From positions 1-64,000 of IMG/VR virus record IMGVR_UViG_3300017963_000254: a DNA stretch of 64,000 nt; one strand, written 5' to 3'. Positions 43,852 through 54,000 of the stretch are shown here, piece after piece. This DNA is from a virus. Below the pieces are notes generated by a model. The model was not told where the DNA came from and searched no databases. It saw nothing but the letters and a program-made list of their open reading frames with translations. The translations under genes were made by a program, and so were the position numbers. Each line of letters opens with the position of its first letter. Position 1 is the stretch's first letter.

Positions 43852-45339
43852 GTGACAACGCATCAGGAAGAAGGAGCGGGCGCTGTGGGCAAGATGGAAG
43901 AGGCCACGATGGGCGGCGCCGGCATGGGCGCCCACATGCAGCTCGGCTCGGCGTTCATGCGGCGTCCATCCTCGATGATCCCCTACAACCAGTGGGCGGA
44001 GACCGACGACGATGACCTGTCGGCCGTCGCGTCCGGCCCGGCCATCTCCGCGTTCCAGCCGTTCAGCGTGCGCGACATGCTGCGGCTCGACGACGTCGAG
44101 CAGGACGGCGAGCCGATCGATGAGGCCGCCGATCCCGAGAAGATCTGGGCCAAGGTGCAGGAGCTTCGCAAGAAGTACCCCACCAAGACCCTCGTCGCCT
44201 TGCAGAAGATGGCCGAGCGAGCGCTGCGCCACGAGGGCGTCGAGGGTGCCTCGTCGCTGCGGGAGGGCAAGACGCGCGCGCAGCGGAAGAAGGAGAACAA
44301 GGCCCGCTTCGCCAAGATGTCGCCGGAGCAGAAGGCGGCCACGAAGGGCGACGAGCCGTTCCACCCCGAGGCCGGGAAGAGCGAGGACGAGGATCTCGAC
44401 GAGTCGCGCGACTCCTACGGGCAGGCCCCGTCCCTCGGCGAGATCTTCACCGCCAAGAACGCTGCGAGAGCAGGCGACTTCCTCGCCAAGTGGATGAAGA
44501 AGCCCAAGCCCAAGACGAAGGGCAAGAAGCAGGAGGACGAGGAGCTGGTCGAGGCGTTCGACGCGACCAAGTTCGCGAAGGGCCTGGCGATGCACATGAT
44601 GTCCGGCTCGATGAAGGGGAAGCTCCCCTCGAGCAAGGTCATCTGGCTCAGCTCGGTCGCCGCCGCGTTCGTGAAGAAGAACGAGGCGAAGATCCGCAAG
44701 CAGCTCGAGACCGGGTCGCTGGACCCCAAGGCGTTCATGGCGTCGTTCAAGAAGTACGCCGAGAACGCGGCCAAGAAGTCCGAGGAGGCGCCTGTCAGCG
44801 CTGACGTCACTGGCGCCTCTGCGCTGCGAGAGGGCAGCAAGTGGCAAGGCGCGATGTCGGCGCACGAGAAGCGCGTTTCGGCGAAGACCAGCACGATGTC
44901 TGACATCAAGGCCGTCAAGAAAGGCGCGCCGAAGTCGGCAGCCGACCTCAAGCATTACGCAGAGTCGGTCTGCGCTACGGTCCTGCGAGAGGCGCGGCCG
45001 AACCCCAAGACGCATCCGAAGATGAAGGCGCACGTCAACAGCCCCAAGTTCCGGGCGCACATCGGTGACCCGAAGGACCAGGAGAAGCCCTACCACAAGG
45101 GCAAGGGCATCCAGTCCGATGAGGCGCCCGTCGGTGCCGGCGTGCTTCGCGAGGGCGGGAAGGAGAAGTGGATCGCCGGTGCGATCAAGCGGCCCGGTGC
45201 GCTCAAGGCGAAGATCGAGAAGCGCACCAAGAAGGGCACGATCCCGGCAGCTGAGCTGGCGAAGGCCGCGAAGAAGCCGGGGCTCACTGGGCAGCAGGCC
45301 CGGCTGGCGAAGACGCTCAGGAAGATCGGCAAGAAGTGA
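43852..45339 (+). CDS. Modular putative head polyprotein
   Basis: IDEA, LREG x3, LDES, LVEA, LREA between Lys-rich peptides. Confidence 0.65.
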   Translation: MTTHQEEGAGAVGKMEEATMGGAGMGAHMQLGSAFMRRPSSMIPYNQWAETDDDDLSAVASGPAISAFQPFSVRDMLRLDDVEQDGEPIDEAADPEKIWAKVQELRKKYPTKTLVALQKMAERALRHEGVEGASSLREGKTRAQRKKENKARFAKMSPEQKAATKGDEPFHPEAGKSEDEDLDESRDSYGQAPSLGEIFTAKNAARAGDFLAKWMKKPKPKTKGKKQEDEELVEAFDATKFAKGLAMHMMSGSMKGKLPSSKVIWLSSVAAAFVKKNEAKIRKQLETGSLDPKAFMASFKKYAENAAKKSEEAPVSADVTGASALREGSKWQGAMSAHEKRVSAKTSTMSDIKAVKKGAPKSAADLKHYAESVCATVLREARPNPKTHPKMKAHVNSPKFRAHIGDPKDQEKPYHKGKGIQSDEAPVGAGVLREGGKEKWIAGAIKRPGALKAKIEKRTKKGTIPAAELAKAAKKPGLTGQQARLAKTLRKIGKK

Positions 45340-45608
45340 GCCTGACCGACTCCATCCGCCGGTTCCGATCGATCGACGAGGCGACTACCTCGGCGATGCT
45401 CGGTTCACGTACGACCGGCGGTCTCCCGTTCTACGGTCGGCGCGGGCTGGCCACGATCGAGCGGGAGCGCAAGGAGCGGATGAAGCGCCGCAGGAAGTGC
45501 AAGGGCTACGACCCCAAGTGTCGCGACAAGGAGTGGGAGGTACCGGCCCCGGTCGGCGGCGTTGCGCTTCTCCGCCGCAGTCCCATCACGAGTCTATCGC
45601 CAAGTTGA
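45336..45608 (+). CDS. Small basic putative internal head protein
   Basis: MSLTDSIRRFRSIDEA; GTGA overlap. Confidence 0.6.
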   Translation: MSLTDSIRRFRSIDEATTSAMLGSRTTGGLPFYGRRGLATIERERKERMKRRRKCKGYDPKCRDKEWEVPAPVGGVALLRRSPITSLSPS

Positions 45609-45655
45609 TCGACCCCCCAGCTGTGAGCGGGTAAGATGTTGAGCCGAGGCCACCT

Positions 45656-47578
45656 ATGAGCGATTCGATCGACAAGCTGCTGCACCTGGCGATGGCAGGT
45701 CCGTTTGCCGACTTCGCGTTACCCGAGGAAGCGGCCGAAGCGGATCAGCTGGACGAAGCGCTTGACCCGTTCCAGCGCATGACCGTGGACGACATGATCC
45801 GGGCCTGGATCAAGAAGCACGGGAAGACCGGCCTCGACAGGCTCATCAAGACGATCAAGAAGAAGGTCCGGGGCATCGAGAGCGCCAGCATCAACAAGCG
45901 GCTCGCGATCGTCGGCGGCATCTCCGAGGGCGACGACCTCGACATGCTCTCGCCCGAGGAGAGGATGCTCCTGGGCCTCGAGCGCGGCTCGAGTTCCGGC
46001 CCGTGGTTCGGTGACGACATGCCGGCCGGTCCCCGGCCGCTGATGGAGGGGGACACCTCGGGCTACTTCCCCCAGCCGATGACGCTGGACGAGCACCGCT
46101 CGGACGCTCTGCCGCTCGTCGAGGAGGTGCTCGACTGCGCCGAGCCGACCGTGTCGTTCTCGGCCGGCCCGTGCTTGGACGAGACCTACACGCCGGAGCA
46201 GATGAAGCGCTACAAGCGCGGCGGCGGCAAGCCTGGCAGTGTCGGCGACTGGCTCTACCACTTCGACGAGATGGACATCCGGCCGCAGTGGGTGAAGAGG
46301 GCCAGGTCGATGATGGGGGCCGAGGAGTTCGACTCGTCCTGCGTCAAGGCGCTCGCGCGCAAGGACCAGAAGCAGGTCGTCGAGTTCCTGGAGGGGAACA
46401 AGAAGGCCGAGGCGATGGCCAAGGTCTTGAACTACGCGTCGGGCGCGAAGACCGAGGAGCTGATCCACGAGGAGCGCTCTTTCAAGCGCGGCGATGTGGT
46501 CAAGTTCAAGGGCAAGCGCGAGCGGCGGCGCTACGTGATCACGTTCGTCGACCAGTTCGGTATGCACAACATGGTCGCGCTGTCCGGCAGCGAGCGCGGG
46601 TCGGCGCCGTCCGGGCACAAGACGAGCGAGCTGGAGCTGGACAAGGACCAGTCGATCGTGTTCTCCGGGAAGAAGGCCAAGCAGCTGTTCCGCCGCTATG
46701 ACCAGTACCAGGGTGCCCACTGGGGCGGCAAGATCAACAAGCCGCACAAGGTCTCCGAGGACGAGGCGCTGTCCGAGATGGAGGCCGGCGACATCGACGG
46801 CCAGATGAAGATCATCCGCGCGAAGGTCATCAAGGGCGCGAAGCCCACTCGCGCCCGCCGGCTCGCCGGCTGCCTGCGCGCACTGCGCACGGGCGGGATC
46901 ACCGTCTCCGGCCAGTCCCAGACCAACCTGAACCCGGTGCCCAAGGCCGAGAGGAACAAGGAAGACCAGCCGAAGGACGACACGCCCGGCGAGGTGGACG
47001 AGGACACCGGCCCGCCGGACCAAGTGAACACGGAGGATGTCATGAACCTGAGTGATGCGATCCGGCGCTTCCGGGGCGAGGACGAAGAGCCCGCTCCGAG
47101 GCCCGCAAGGAAGCCCCAGACGGAGTCCCATGGCGCGCGGCCGGCTTACGGCGAGTCGTTCGACGACCTGCGCGACAAGGGAATGGCGCTCGATGACTTC
47201 GGCTCGTTCGACGACGACGGTGACGTCGAGTTCGCCGAGGCGATGCTGAACAACGACCCGACCCTGACCGGGATGGACCGCCGGCTGGCCCAGCTGGAGG
47301 CCAACATCCCCGTGAAGGGCGGCAAGTCCAAGAGCAAGTTCCGCCAGCCCTACAAGGGTCCGGGCAAGGGCGTGTACGGTCCGGTTTCGACCCCGGCCGA
47401 TCCCGAGGCGAAGGCGGCTGCCACGCGCAGCACCGCCGGCGTGAAGGGTCCGGGCTACACCCCGGACGGTCGTGAGGAGGTCGATGTTCGGACCGAGCAG
47501 CGTGAGCCTGCTACAGCCCACGAGCTGGATCTCTTCGCCGAAGGCATGGAGTACCCGACCGACCTGATCGGCCGCTAG
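45656..47578 (+). CDS. Modular putative head polyprotein
   Basis: LDEA, ISEG, LMEG, LDET, LSEM; KOW/SH3-like module FKRGDVVKFK; possible internal start ATG47042. Confidence 0.65.
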   Translation: MSDSIDKLLHLAMAGPFADFALPEEAAEADQLDEALDPFQRMTVDDMIRAWIKKHGKTGLDRLIKTIKKKVRGIESASINKRLAIVGGISEGDDLDMLSPEERMLLGLERGSSSGPWFGDDMPAGPRPLMEGDTSGYFPQPMTLDEHRSDALPLVEEVLDCAEPTVSFSAGPCLDETYTPEQMKRYKRGGGKPGSVGDWLYHFDEMDIRPQWVKRARSMMGAEEFDSSCVKALARKDQKQVVEFLEGNKKAEAMAKVLNYASGAKTEELIHEERSFKRGDVVKFKGKRERRRYVITFVDQFGMHNMVALSGSERGSAPSGHKTSELELDKDQSIVFSGKKAKQLFRRYDQYQGAHWGGKINKPHKVSEDEALSEMEAGDIDGQMKIIRAKVIKGAKPTRARRLAGCLRALRTGGITVSGQSQTNLNPVPKAERNKEDQPKDDTPGEVDEDTGPPDQVNTEDVMNLSDAIRRFRGEDEEPAPRPARKPQTESHGARPAYGESFDDLRDKGMALDDFGSFDDDGDVEFAEAMLNNDPTLTGMDRRLAQLEANIPVKGGKSKSKFRQPYKGPGKGVYGPVSTPADPEAKAAATRSTAGVKGPGYTPDGREEVDVRTEQREPATAHELDLFAEGMEYPTDLIGR

Positions 47579-47594
47579 CTCCGGGGAGGTCACC

Positions 47595-48104
47595 GTGGGC
47601 CTGAAGGACGTGGCCGAGGATCTCGCCGGCTTCCTCGCGGAGGCTGCCCCCGACCCCGAGCAGGGGTCGGTTCCGCCTGTACTCACCGAGGAGCAGGTCG
47701 GCGAGGCCGCGACAGCTGTGCTGGACTACGTGCTCAGTCGGATGGAGAGCGACGACACCCCGGCAACGCTGGGCGAGGCTCTCATCATCGGCGCGCGCGC
47801 CGTCGGCGTGGATCTCGATCAGGATGACGACCGGATCGCGCAGGCGGCCGTCGCCCGGCTCGAGGACATCGCCCGCTCGGCTCGCGCGGCGCTCGAGGCG
47901 AACGAGGGGCCGATCGAGGAGGCGGCGGCCCCCGAGACCAGCGCGATCCTCGACCTCCTCCGCAAGAAGAAGGGGGCGAAGCTGCGTGAGATCGCCAAGG
48001 CGATCGGCAGCGATGTGAAGGCGGCGGCCAAGGCGCTCAAGAAGCTCCAGGCGCAGGGGCGGCTCAGCTACAACCTCAAGACCGGCTACTCGGTGGCGCA
48101 GTGA
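47595..48104 (+). CDS. Acidic N-terminal region plus C-terminal winged-HTH
   Basis: GGAGGT SD; PIEEA then ILDLLRKKKGAKLREIAKAIG...LKKLQAQGRL. Confidence 0.65.
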   Translation: MGLKDVAEDLAGFLAEAAPDPEQGSVPPVLTEEQVGEAATAVLDYVLSRMESDDTPATLGEALIIGARAVGVDLDQDDDRIAQAAVARLEDIARSARAALEANEGPIEEAAAPETSAILDLLRKKKGAKLREIAKAIGSDVKAAAKALKKLQAQGRLSYNLKTGYSVAQ

Positions 48105-48496
48105 GCCTCTACGACCGGGTTACCCTGGCCGAAGGCACGGCCGAGACGATCCTCAAGCAGCTCCGAAAGGCGCTTGGCTGGATCGACTACGGCGCGATGG
48201 GCATCAAGAACGTGTTCTCGTTCAAGGGTGACCAGAAGTTCCTGGGCGCCGAGGACACGACCGGACCGGGCGTCCAGTTCGACGTTCGCGGGCACTGGAA
48301 GGGCCGCGTCCTGATTCGGCTCGACCCGAGCGACACCTACACGATCATCTTCGGCCGCACGCGGCGGAAGAAGGACAAGAAGCTCGGCATCTTCACGCCC
48401 TACTGGCACGTGGACAAGAAGCTGAAAGGCGTCTACGTCTCCGAGCTGGGCAAGATCGTCAAGGACCACGTGCTAGGAACGGCGCTGAGGAAGTGA
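48101..48496 (+). CDS. Basic protein with MSLYDRVTLAE leader
   Basis: GTGA overlap; shared leader. Confidence 0.7.
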   Translation: MSLYDRVTLAEGTAETILKQLRKALGWIDYGAMGIKNVFSFKGDQKFLGAEDTTGPGVQFDVRGHWKGRVLIRLDPSDTYTIIFGRTRRKKDKKLGIFTPYWHVDKKLKGVYVSELGKIVKDHVLGTALRK

Positions 48497-49980
48497 GTCT
48501 CTACGATCGAGTTCTGGCGGAGAGAGCTGCGGCCACGAAGGCCGCCGGCTTCGCATCCTTGTCTGCCGATCAGCGCGGTGCCCTCGCCGATGCGTGGGAT
48601 CGCTGGCGCTCAAGACCGTCCTGGTCGAAGCGCGGACAGAACGCGTGGTACGACTGCCCGCGCGTGAAGGCCGCGCTAGGTCTGATGCCGGGCGACAAGG
48701 TGCCCGGCTTCATCAAGCGTCTCAAGCGGAAGGATCTGAAGGAGGCGAAGCGGGGAAGCGCTGCGGCGTCCAAGAAGCTCAGCGGGACGTGGGGCCATCC
48801 GCGCCGGCACGGCAAGAAGGCGGCCAGCAAGAAGCGCCGGCAACAGGGCAAGAGGCTGGACGAGGGCAAGGCCGCGTCCAGTTCCCAGATCTCCTACGCC
48901 CAGCACCTCGCCAAGCAGCAGAAGCTCAAGAGCCCAACCGCCGACGAGATCGCGGCGATGGACGACGTCGCCATCAGCAAGCTGATCGACGGCCTCAAGA
49001 AGAAGCGCGGCGAGCCGGTGTTCTACGGCAACGGCAAGTTCAAGGGCTGGGTCAAGAAGGGCGAGCTGTGGCCCAAGGGCAAGAAGGAGTCGCTCGACGA
49101 GGCCGCCTGGGGCATGTTCACCGGCGGGGCGGCACCGCTGGATGTTCCCTACCACGTGGGCGGAGACTGGAAGGAAGGCGCGGCGCAACTGCTCCGTCGA
49201 GAGATCGCGAAGCTCAAGGGGAAGGTCACGATGGAGCGAGCGCGGCTCGCTTTCCTCGCCGACGCGCTGGAGCGGGGCGACCTCAAGACAGCCAAACGCT
49301 TCTACAAGAAGCTGTCGAAGTCCGCGCGGAACCGATACGTCACGGTGGCGGCCCGCGAGAAACTGGCCGAGGGTGCCATCAAGAAGATCACCCTGGTTCA
49401 GCCGTCCGATGCTGAGGTCAAAGCGCTGAGGAAGGAGATCCTCAAGCTCGTCGACTCAGGGGTCAGCAAGAGCGGCGGTCCAGGCGGCAAGCCGGACAAG
49501 CCGTCGGTGCGAAACATCAAGCGTGGCAGCACAGCTCCGTCCATCGAGATCCGCCGCTACACGCCATTCACGCCCGAGGAGGGTGTGCGGATCGTCAAGC
49601 TGCTGATGTCGAAGGGCTACGTCGATGCGCTCGGAGCGGTTCCCTGGCCGGAGTTCCTGCGCAAACCGTTCCACCACCCGTCCATCATCGCCGGCAAGCC
49701 CGCGAGCAGCGTGTCCGAAGCTGTGGAGCGATTCCGCGAGCTACCCCTCACTGAGTACGGCGGCATCGGCGGCCGGATCGCCGGTGGTCGTCATCCCTAC
49801 CGGGTGCCTCCGTCGAACACGATCCCGCCGGCCAACGTGATCGTCAGCCCCAAGGACATGACGGCCGAGCTGATGGCGAAACGGCAGCGGGAGCTGGAGC
49901 AGCGAGCCGAAACGCGGGAGCGGATGCGCCAGCTGGCGATCGAGTGCGACCGCCGGCCGCTGAAGACCCTGAGATCATAG
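48493..49980 (+). CDS. Modular basic polyprotein with MSLYDRVLAE leader
   Basis: LKEA, LDEG, LDEA, LAEG, LTEY; ends RRPLKTLRS. Confidence 0.7.
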   Translation: MSLYDRVLAERAAATKAAGFASLSADQRGALADAWDRWRSRPSWSKRGQNAWYDCPRVKAALGLMPGDKVPGFIKRLKRKDLKEAKRGSAAASKKLSGTWGHPRRHGKKAASKKRRQQGKRLDEGKAASSSQISYAQHLAKQQKLKSPTADEIAAMDDVAISKLIDGLKKKRGEPVFYGNGKFKGWVKKGELWPKGKKESLDEAAWGMFTGGAAPLDVPYHVGGDWKEGAAQLLRREIAKLKGKVTMERARLAFLADALERGDLKTAKRFYKKLSKSARNRYVTVAAREKLAEGAIKKITLVQPSDAEVKALRKEILKLVDSGVSKSGGPGGKPDKPSVRNIKRGSTAPSIEIRRYTPFTPEEGVRIVKLLMSKGYVDALGAVPWPEFLRKPFHHPSIIAGKPASSVSEAVERFRELPLTEYGGIGGRIAGGRHPYRVPPSNTIPPANVIVSPKDMTAELMAKRQRELEQRAETRERMRQLAIECDRRPLKTLRS

Positions 49981-50000
49981 GCCGACCAGTCGATCATCTC

Positions 50001-50009
50001 GGGTAGAAC
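50001..50009 (+). promoter_or_regulatory. GGGTAGAAC promoter-like motif
   Basis: Intergenic exact match upstream of dNMP kinase. Confidence 0.55.
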
Positions 50010-50170
50010 GTGGGTACGTCGTGAGAGCAGGTCAGCGCTGACCGAGTGCTCGTGCGGCTGTGGTTGCGAGTGCGACGCGCTCGACTACGACAGCGGCGAG
50101 CCTCTCAGTATCGACTGCTGGCAGGATGGTTTCGCGAAGCGGTGCCGGGCTCGCCGAGAGGAGACGCTAC

Positions 50171-50947
50171 GTGGTTACACGGGTTCTAGTGGTCGTGGCG
50201 GGTAACGCCAAACACGGAAAAGACACGACGGCCGACGTGCTGGCCGAGCTGCTCCCGGACGCGCGGCGGGATGCCTACGCGGCACCCCTGAAGGTGTGCG
50301 TCCACCTCAAGACGGGGATCCCGATGGACGTGCTCAATGGGCCGCAGTCGGTCAAGGAGGACCCCAAGTTCGGCCGTTACGGGCAGACTCCGCGTAAACT
50401 CATGCAGGACGAGGGCCAGGAGGCCCGGGACCGGATCGGGGAGACCGTCTGGATGGACAGGCTCGTAGAACGCACACGGGCCGCCCAGGAGCGCTGCACG
50501 ATCGTCAGCGACGGACGACACCCAAACGAGGAGATCGTTGGCGTACGGGCCGCGCTGGGCTCCCACGGGGTCGTCCTGGGTGTACGCGTGGTCCGACAGA
50601 GCGTGCCCGTCGTCCGGGGGCACCCCTCCGAGGACAAGATCGCCGACGCGCCGGACTCCCTGTTCGACGTCATCATCCGTAACGACGGAACACTGGAGGA
50701 CTTACGGGCGATGGTCCAGCAGGTCGCCGACCTGGCGGTGCTCCGGGCCAAGACGGGTGGCCGGAAGAAGGCTCCCGAGGGCTGGATCGTCCGGTGTCCG
50801 AGCGGTGGGCGGTCGGCCGAGCCGCTCGAGCTGGAGCAGACGGCGAGGGTCGTCGCCGCGCAGCCGATGGTGCCGTGCCCGGTCTGCGGGACTCACGATT
50901 CTCACGAAGTCGAGCCGGTCAGCTACGACCTGATCGAGATCGTTTGA
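50171..50947 (+). CDS. Deoxynucleoside monophosphate kinase
   Basis: VAGNAKHGKDT, YAAPLK, TPRKLMQ, IVSDGRHPNE, HPSE, IRNDGT; GAGGAG SD. Confidence 0.85.
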   Translation: MVTRVLVVVAGNAKHGKDTTADVLAELLPDARRDAYAAPLKVCVHLKTGIPMDVLNGPQSVKEDPKFGRYGQTPRKLMQDEGQEARDRIGETVWMDRLVERTRAAQERCTIVSDGRHPNEEIVGVRAALGSHGVVLGVRVVRQSVPVVRGHPSEDKIADAPDSLFDVIIRNDGTLEDLRAMVQQVADLAVLRAKTGGRKKAPEGWIVRCPSGGRSAEPLELEQTARVVAAQPMVPCPVCGTHDSHEVEPVSYDLIEIV

Positions 50948-51016
50948 GTTAGCGAATCAGTGCTGATTTCGGTCTCCGGTGCCCTCATGATGCGGGCAGC
51001 ATCGTTCGGAAGGCCC

Positions 51017-51025
51017 CGGTAGAAT
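51017..51025 (+). promoter_or_regulatory. CGGTAGAAT promoter-like motif upstream of nrdJ
   Basis: Variant of the recurrent motif, also a good -10 hexamer. Confidence 0.5.
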
Positions 51026-51074
51026 ACGTCCTGCTGGACACCCAGCAGTCCCTCTACCACCTCTGGAGACCGGT

Positions 51075-54000
51075 ATGTCGCCCGCTTTAAGTGCTGCTAG
51101 CGCCAATACTTCTGCCGTTCAGCTCAAGCCCTACTTCACCGACACCGACGACCCCTTCGAGGGGGTCGAGTGGGATCGTCGCCGAGCTGTGATCCAGAAC
51201 ACCGACGGCTCGGTCGTGTTCGAGATGGACGACGTCGAGGTGCCCGCGAGCTGGAGCCAGCGCGCGACCGACATCGTCGTCTCGAAGTACTTCCGCAAGG
51301 GCGGCGTGCCCGAGACCAGGACCGAGAAGTCGGTCCGGCAGGTCGTGCATCGGATCGCCAGCGCGCTAGCGTCGTCCGGCCAGCAGCAGGGCTACTTCTC
51401 CGCCACGACTGCGCGCGTCTTCTACCGCGAGCTGGCCTACCTGCTCGTGAACCAGGTTGGCTGCTTCAACTCGCCCGTCCTGTTCAACGTCGGCCTGGCC
51501 GAGATCTACGGCATCAAGGGCGAGTCGGCTGGTAACTGGGCCTGGGTCGAGTCGCTGAACGAGGCGGTGCAGACGAGCGACGGCTACTCGAGACCGCAGT
51601 CGTCGGCCTGCCAGCCATACCACTCGCTCGTTCTGACCGAGCGCGGCCTGATGCCCATCGGTCGGATCGTCGAGGAGAACGCTGTGGGCCTTCGTGTTCA
51701 CGACGGGGCGGGGTGGACTGAGGTCAAGGCGACCAAGGACAACAACACGAAACTGGTCTACAAGATCCAACTTGCCGATGGGCGGCAGGTCGAGGCGACG
51801 GCCGACCACCTGGTCTGTGCGCACACTCAGCGCCGCAAGAAGACCGAGGAGTGGGTGCCCGTTGGCGACCTTCAGCCGGGCATGTACATGCGCGCCTGTG
51901 TGAAGGCCGAGGAGGCCGCCTGGGATACGCGCACGGCGTCTGTCGCGGATGTGGCCAAGGCGGCGTTGGCCGGGTGGCTTCAGACGGATGGCTACGTCGG
52001 TCAACCTGAGAGCGCCGCGTCGCTCATCGTCGAGTTCGAGACGATCAACGAGCAGGAGCGGAATTGGGTGCTCCAGCACCTGCCTGTGGTGTTTGGCGAT
52101 GCCCACTACAACGTGATCGACGTAGAGACCGACGATCCGAAGGTGGACTACAAGCGCATTCGTCTCTACGGCGAGCACCTGCGACCGTTCGTCGATGACT
52201 ACGGGCTCATGGTGCGCAATCCGTCCCAGGTCGTCCCGCAGCGCGTGCTGACTGGAACACCGACCGAGCAGGTCGCCTATCTCCGCAGCGTGTTCCAGGC
52301 TGACGGTTACGTGAGTCTGAGGCGAAGCGCGGCGCTGGTCGCTGTCTCGAAGTGCTCTCGGAAGATGATGCAGGGCGTTCAGCAGATCCTCGCACGGCTC
52401 GGCGTCTACGCGCGATTGCGGCGGGCCGAGGAGAAGCGCGCCGGCCGCCACGACCGGTGGGTTGTGGCCATCGCCAACCTGTCGGAGCGCGAGCGGTTTG
52501 CGGACCTGATCGGGTTCATCGCTGCTGACAAGCAGGCCAAGCTGGACGAGAGCCTGGATCTCGATGGCAAGACCTGTCCTCCCGTGCGCTACGTGCCCGT
52601 CGAATCGATCGCCTGTGTTGGGGAGCGTCGGGTCTACGACATCCAGACCGGGACGGGAAAGTACCTCTGCGGCGACGTGCTCGTCCACAACTGCTTCATC
52701 CGCTCGGTCGAAGATGACCTCATGTCGATCGCCGAAGGGATCAAGACCGAGATGCGCCTCTTCAAGTGGGGTTCTGGCACCGGCACGAACTTCTCCAGGC
52801 TGCGCGCGCTGGGTGAGCCCCTCTCGGGCGGCGGATCGTCGTCGGGCGTGATGTCGTTCCTGCGCGCGTACGACACGGCGGCGGGTTCGGTGAAGTCCGG
52901 TGGGACGACGCGTCGGGCGGCGAAGATGGTGATTCTCGACGCCGACCACCCGGACGTTGAGCGGTTCATCGACTGGAAGGTGCAGGAGGAGAAGAAGGCG
53001 AAGGTACTCCTCGCGGCCGGCTTCTCTGGAGGCATCGACGGTGAAGCCTACCGCACCGTCTCCGGGCAGAACGCGAACAACACGGTGCGGGTGACCGATG
53101 GGTTCATGCGAGCTGCCGAGAAGGGCGAGTCGTGGTCCACGCGATTCCGCACGTCTGGTGAGGTGGCTACTAAGCTCGAGGCGAGGAGGCTGCTCCGCAA
53201 GATCGCGTCGGCCGTCTGGGAATGCGGAGATCCCGGCATCCAGTTCCACGACACGATCAACAGGTGGAACCCGACGCCGAACGCGGGCGAGATTCGGGCC
53301 ACGAACCCCTGCGTCAGCGGCGATACGCTCGTCGCTACCGCAGACGGACTACTTCCGATTCGGGATCTCGTCGGTCGCGCGCCTCGGGTGGTGACCACAG
53401 AGGGCGAGCAGGTAGCAACCGACGTGTTCTCGACGGGCCACAAGCCGGTGTACCGTCTCCGCACCAAATCGGGCTACTCGCTGAAGGTGACGGCCGATCA
53501 CCCCATCTGGGCTGCGGATCGCAACTGCTACGTGAAGGCGGCCGACCTCAAGCCTGGAAACAAGCTCCAGCTGGTGGAAGGACGGTTCGGTCAGGAGAGT
53601 CTGCCCCCTGCTCTGGCCGAGGCGATCGGCTATGCCATCGGCGACGGGTGCATCAGCGGCGGGGTGCTGATGCTTACTGCCGGTCGAGAGGGCGCCGATT
53701 TCCTCGGCGCCGTGGTGGAGACGCTCAACCGACACAAGCAGCGGCTTGCCGCCAAGAGCGGGGACGGACGGACCGGACGGCCTGTCTCCGTGGTCGAGGT
53801 GCCGACCGGCTGGCGAGTCGCGACTGAGGCGCTGGAGGTAGTCTCGATGTTCTCGGCCCACGGCGTACTGGACCGGGGGTCAGAGCACAAGGCGCTCACG
53901 GACCTGGCGCTTCGGCTCGACTCGCCGTCCATCGCGGCGCTGCTGCGTGGGCTGTTCACAGCCGATGGTACCGTGAGCTGCGACGGACCCGGGGGAAAGA

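Noticed and set aside
45719-47686. Long antisense and off-frame ORFs (also 51366-53249, 34535-35995, 8232-9422, and 37483-38382 part of the 540-aa ORF)
   Set aside because: Shadows of GC3-rich genes with no motifs; unlike 7174-8346 they do not carry the codon bias or a recognisable domain
50010-50205. Cys-rich frame ...ALTECSCGCGCECDALDYD...
   Set aside because: No ATG/GTG/TTG start found in frame; not called
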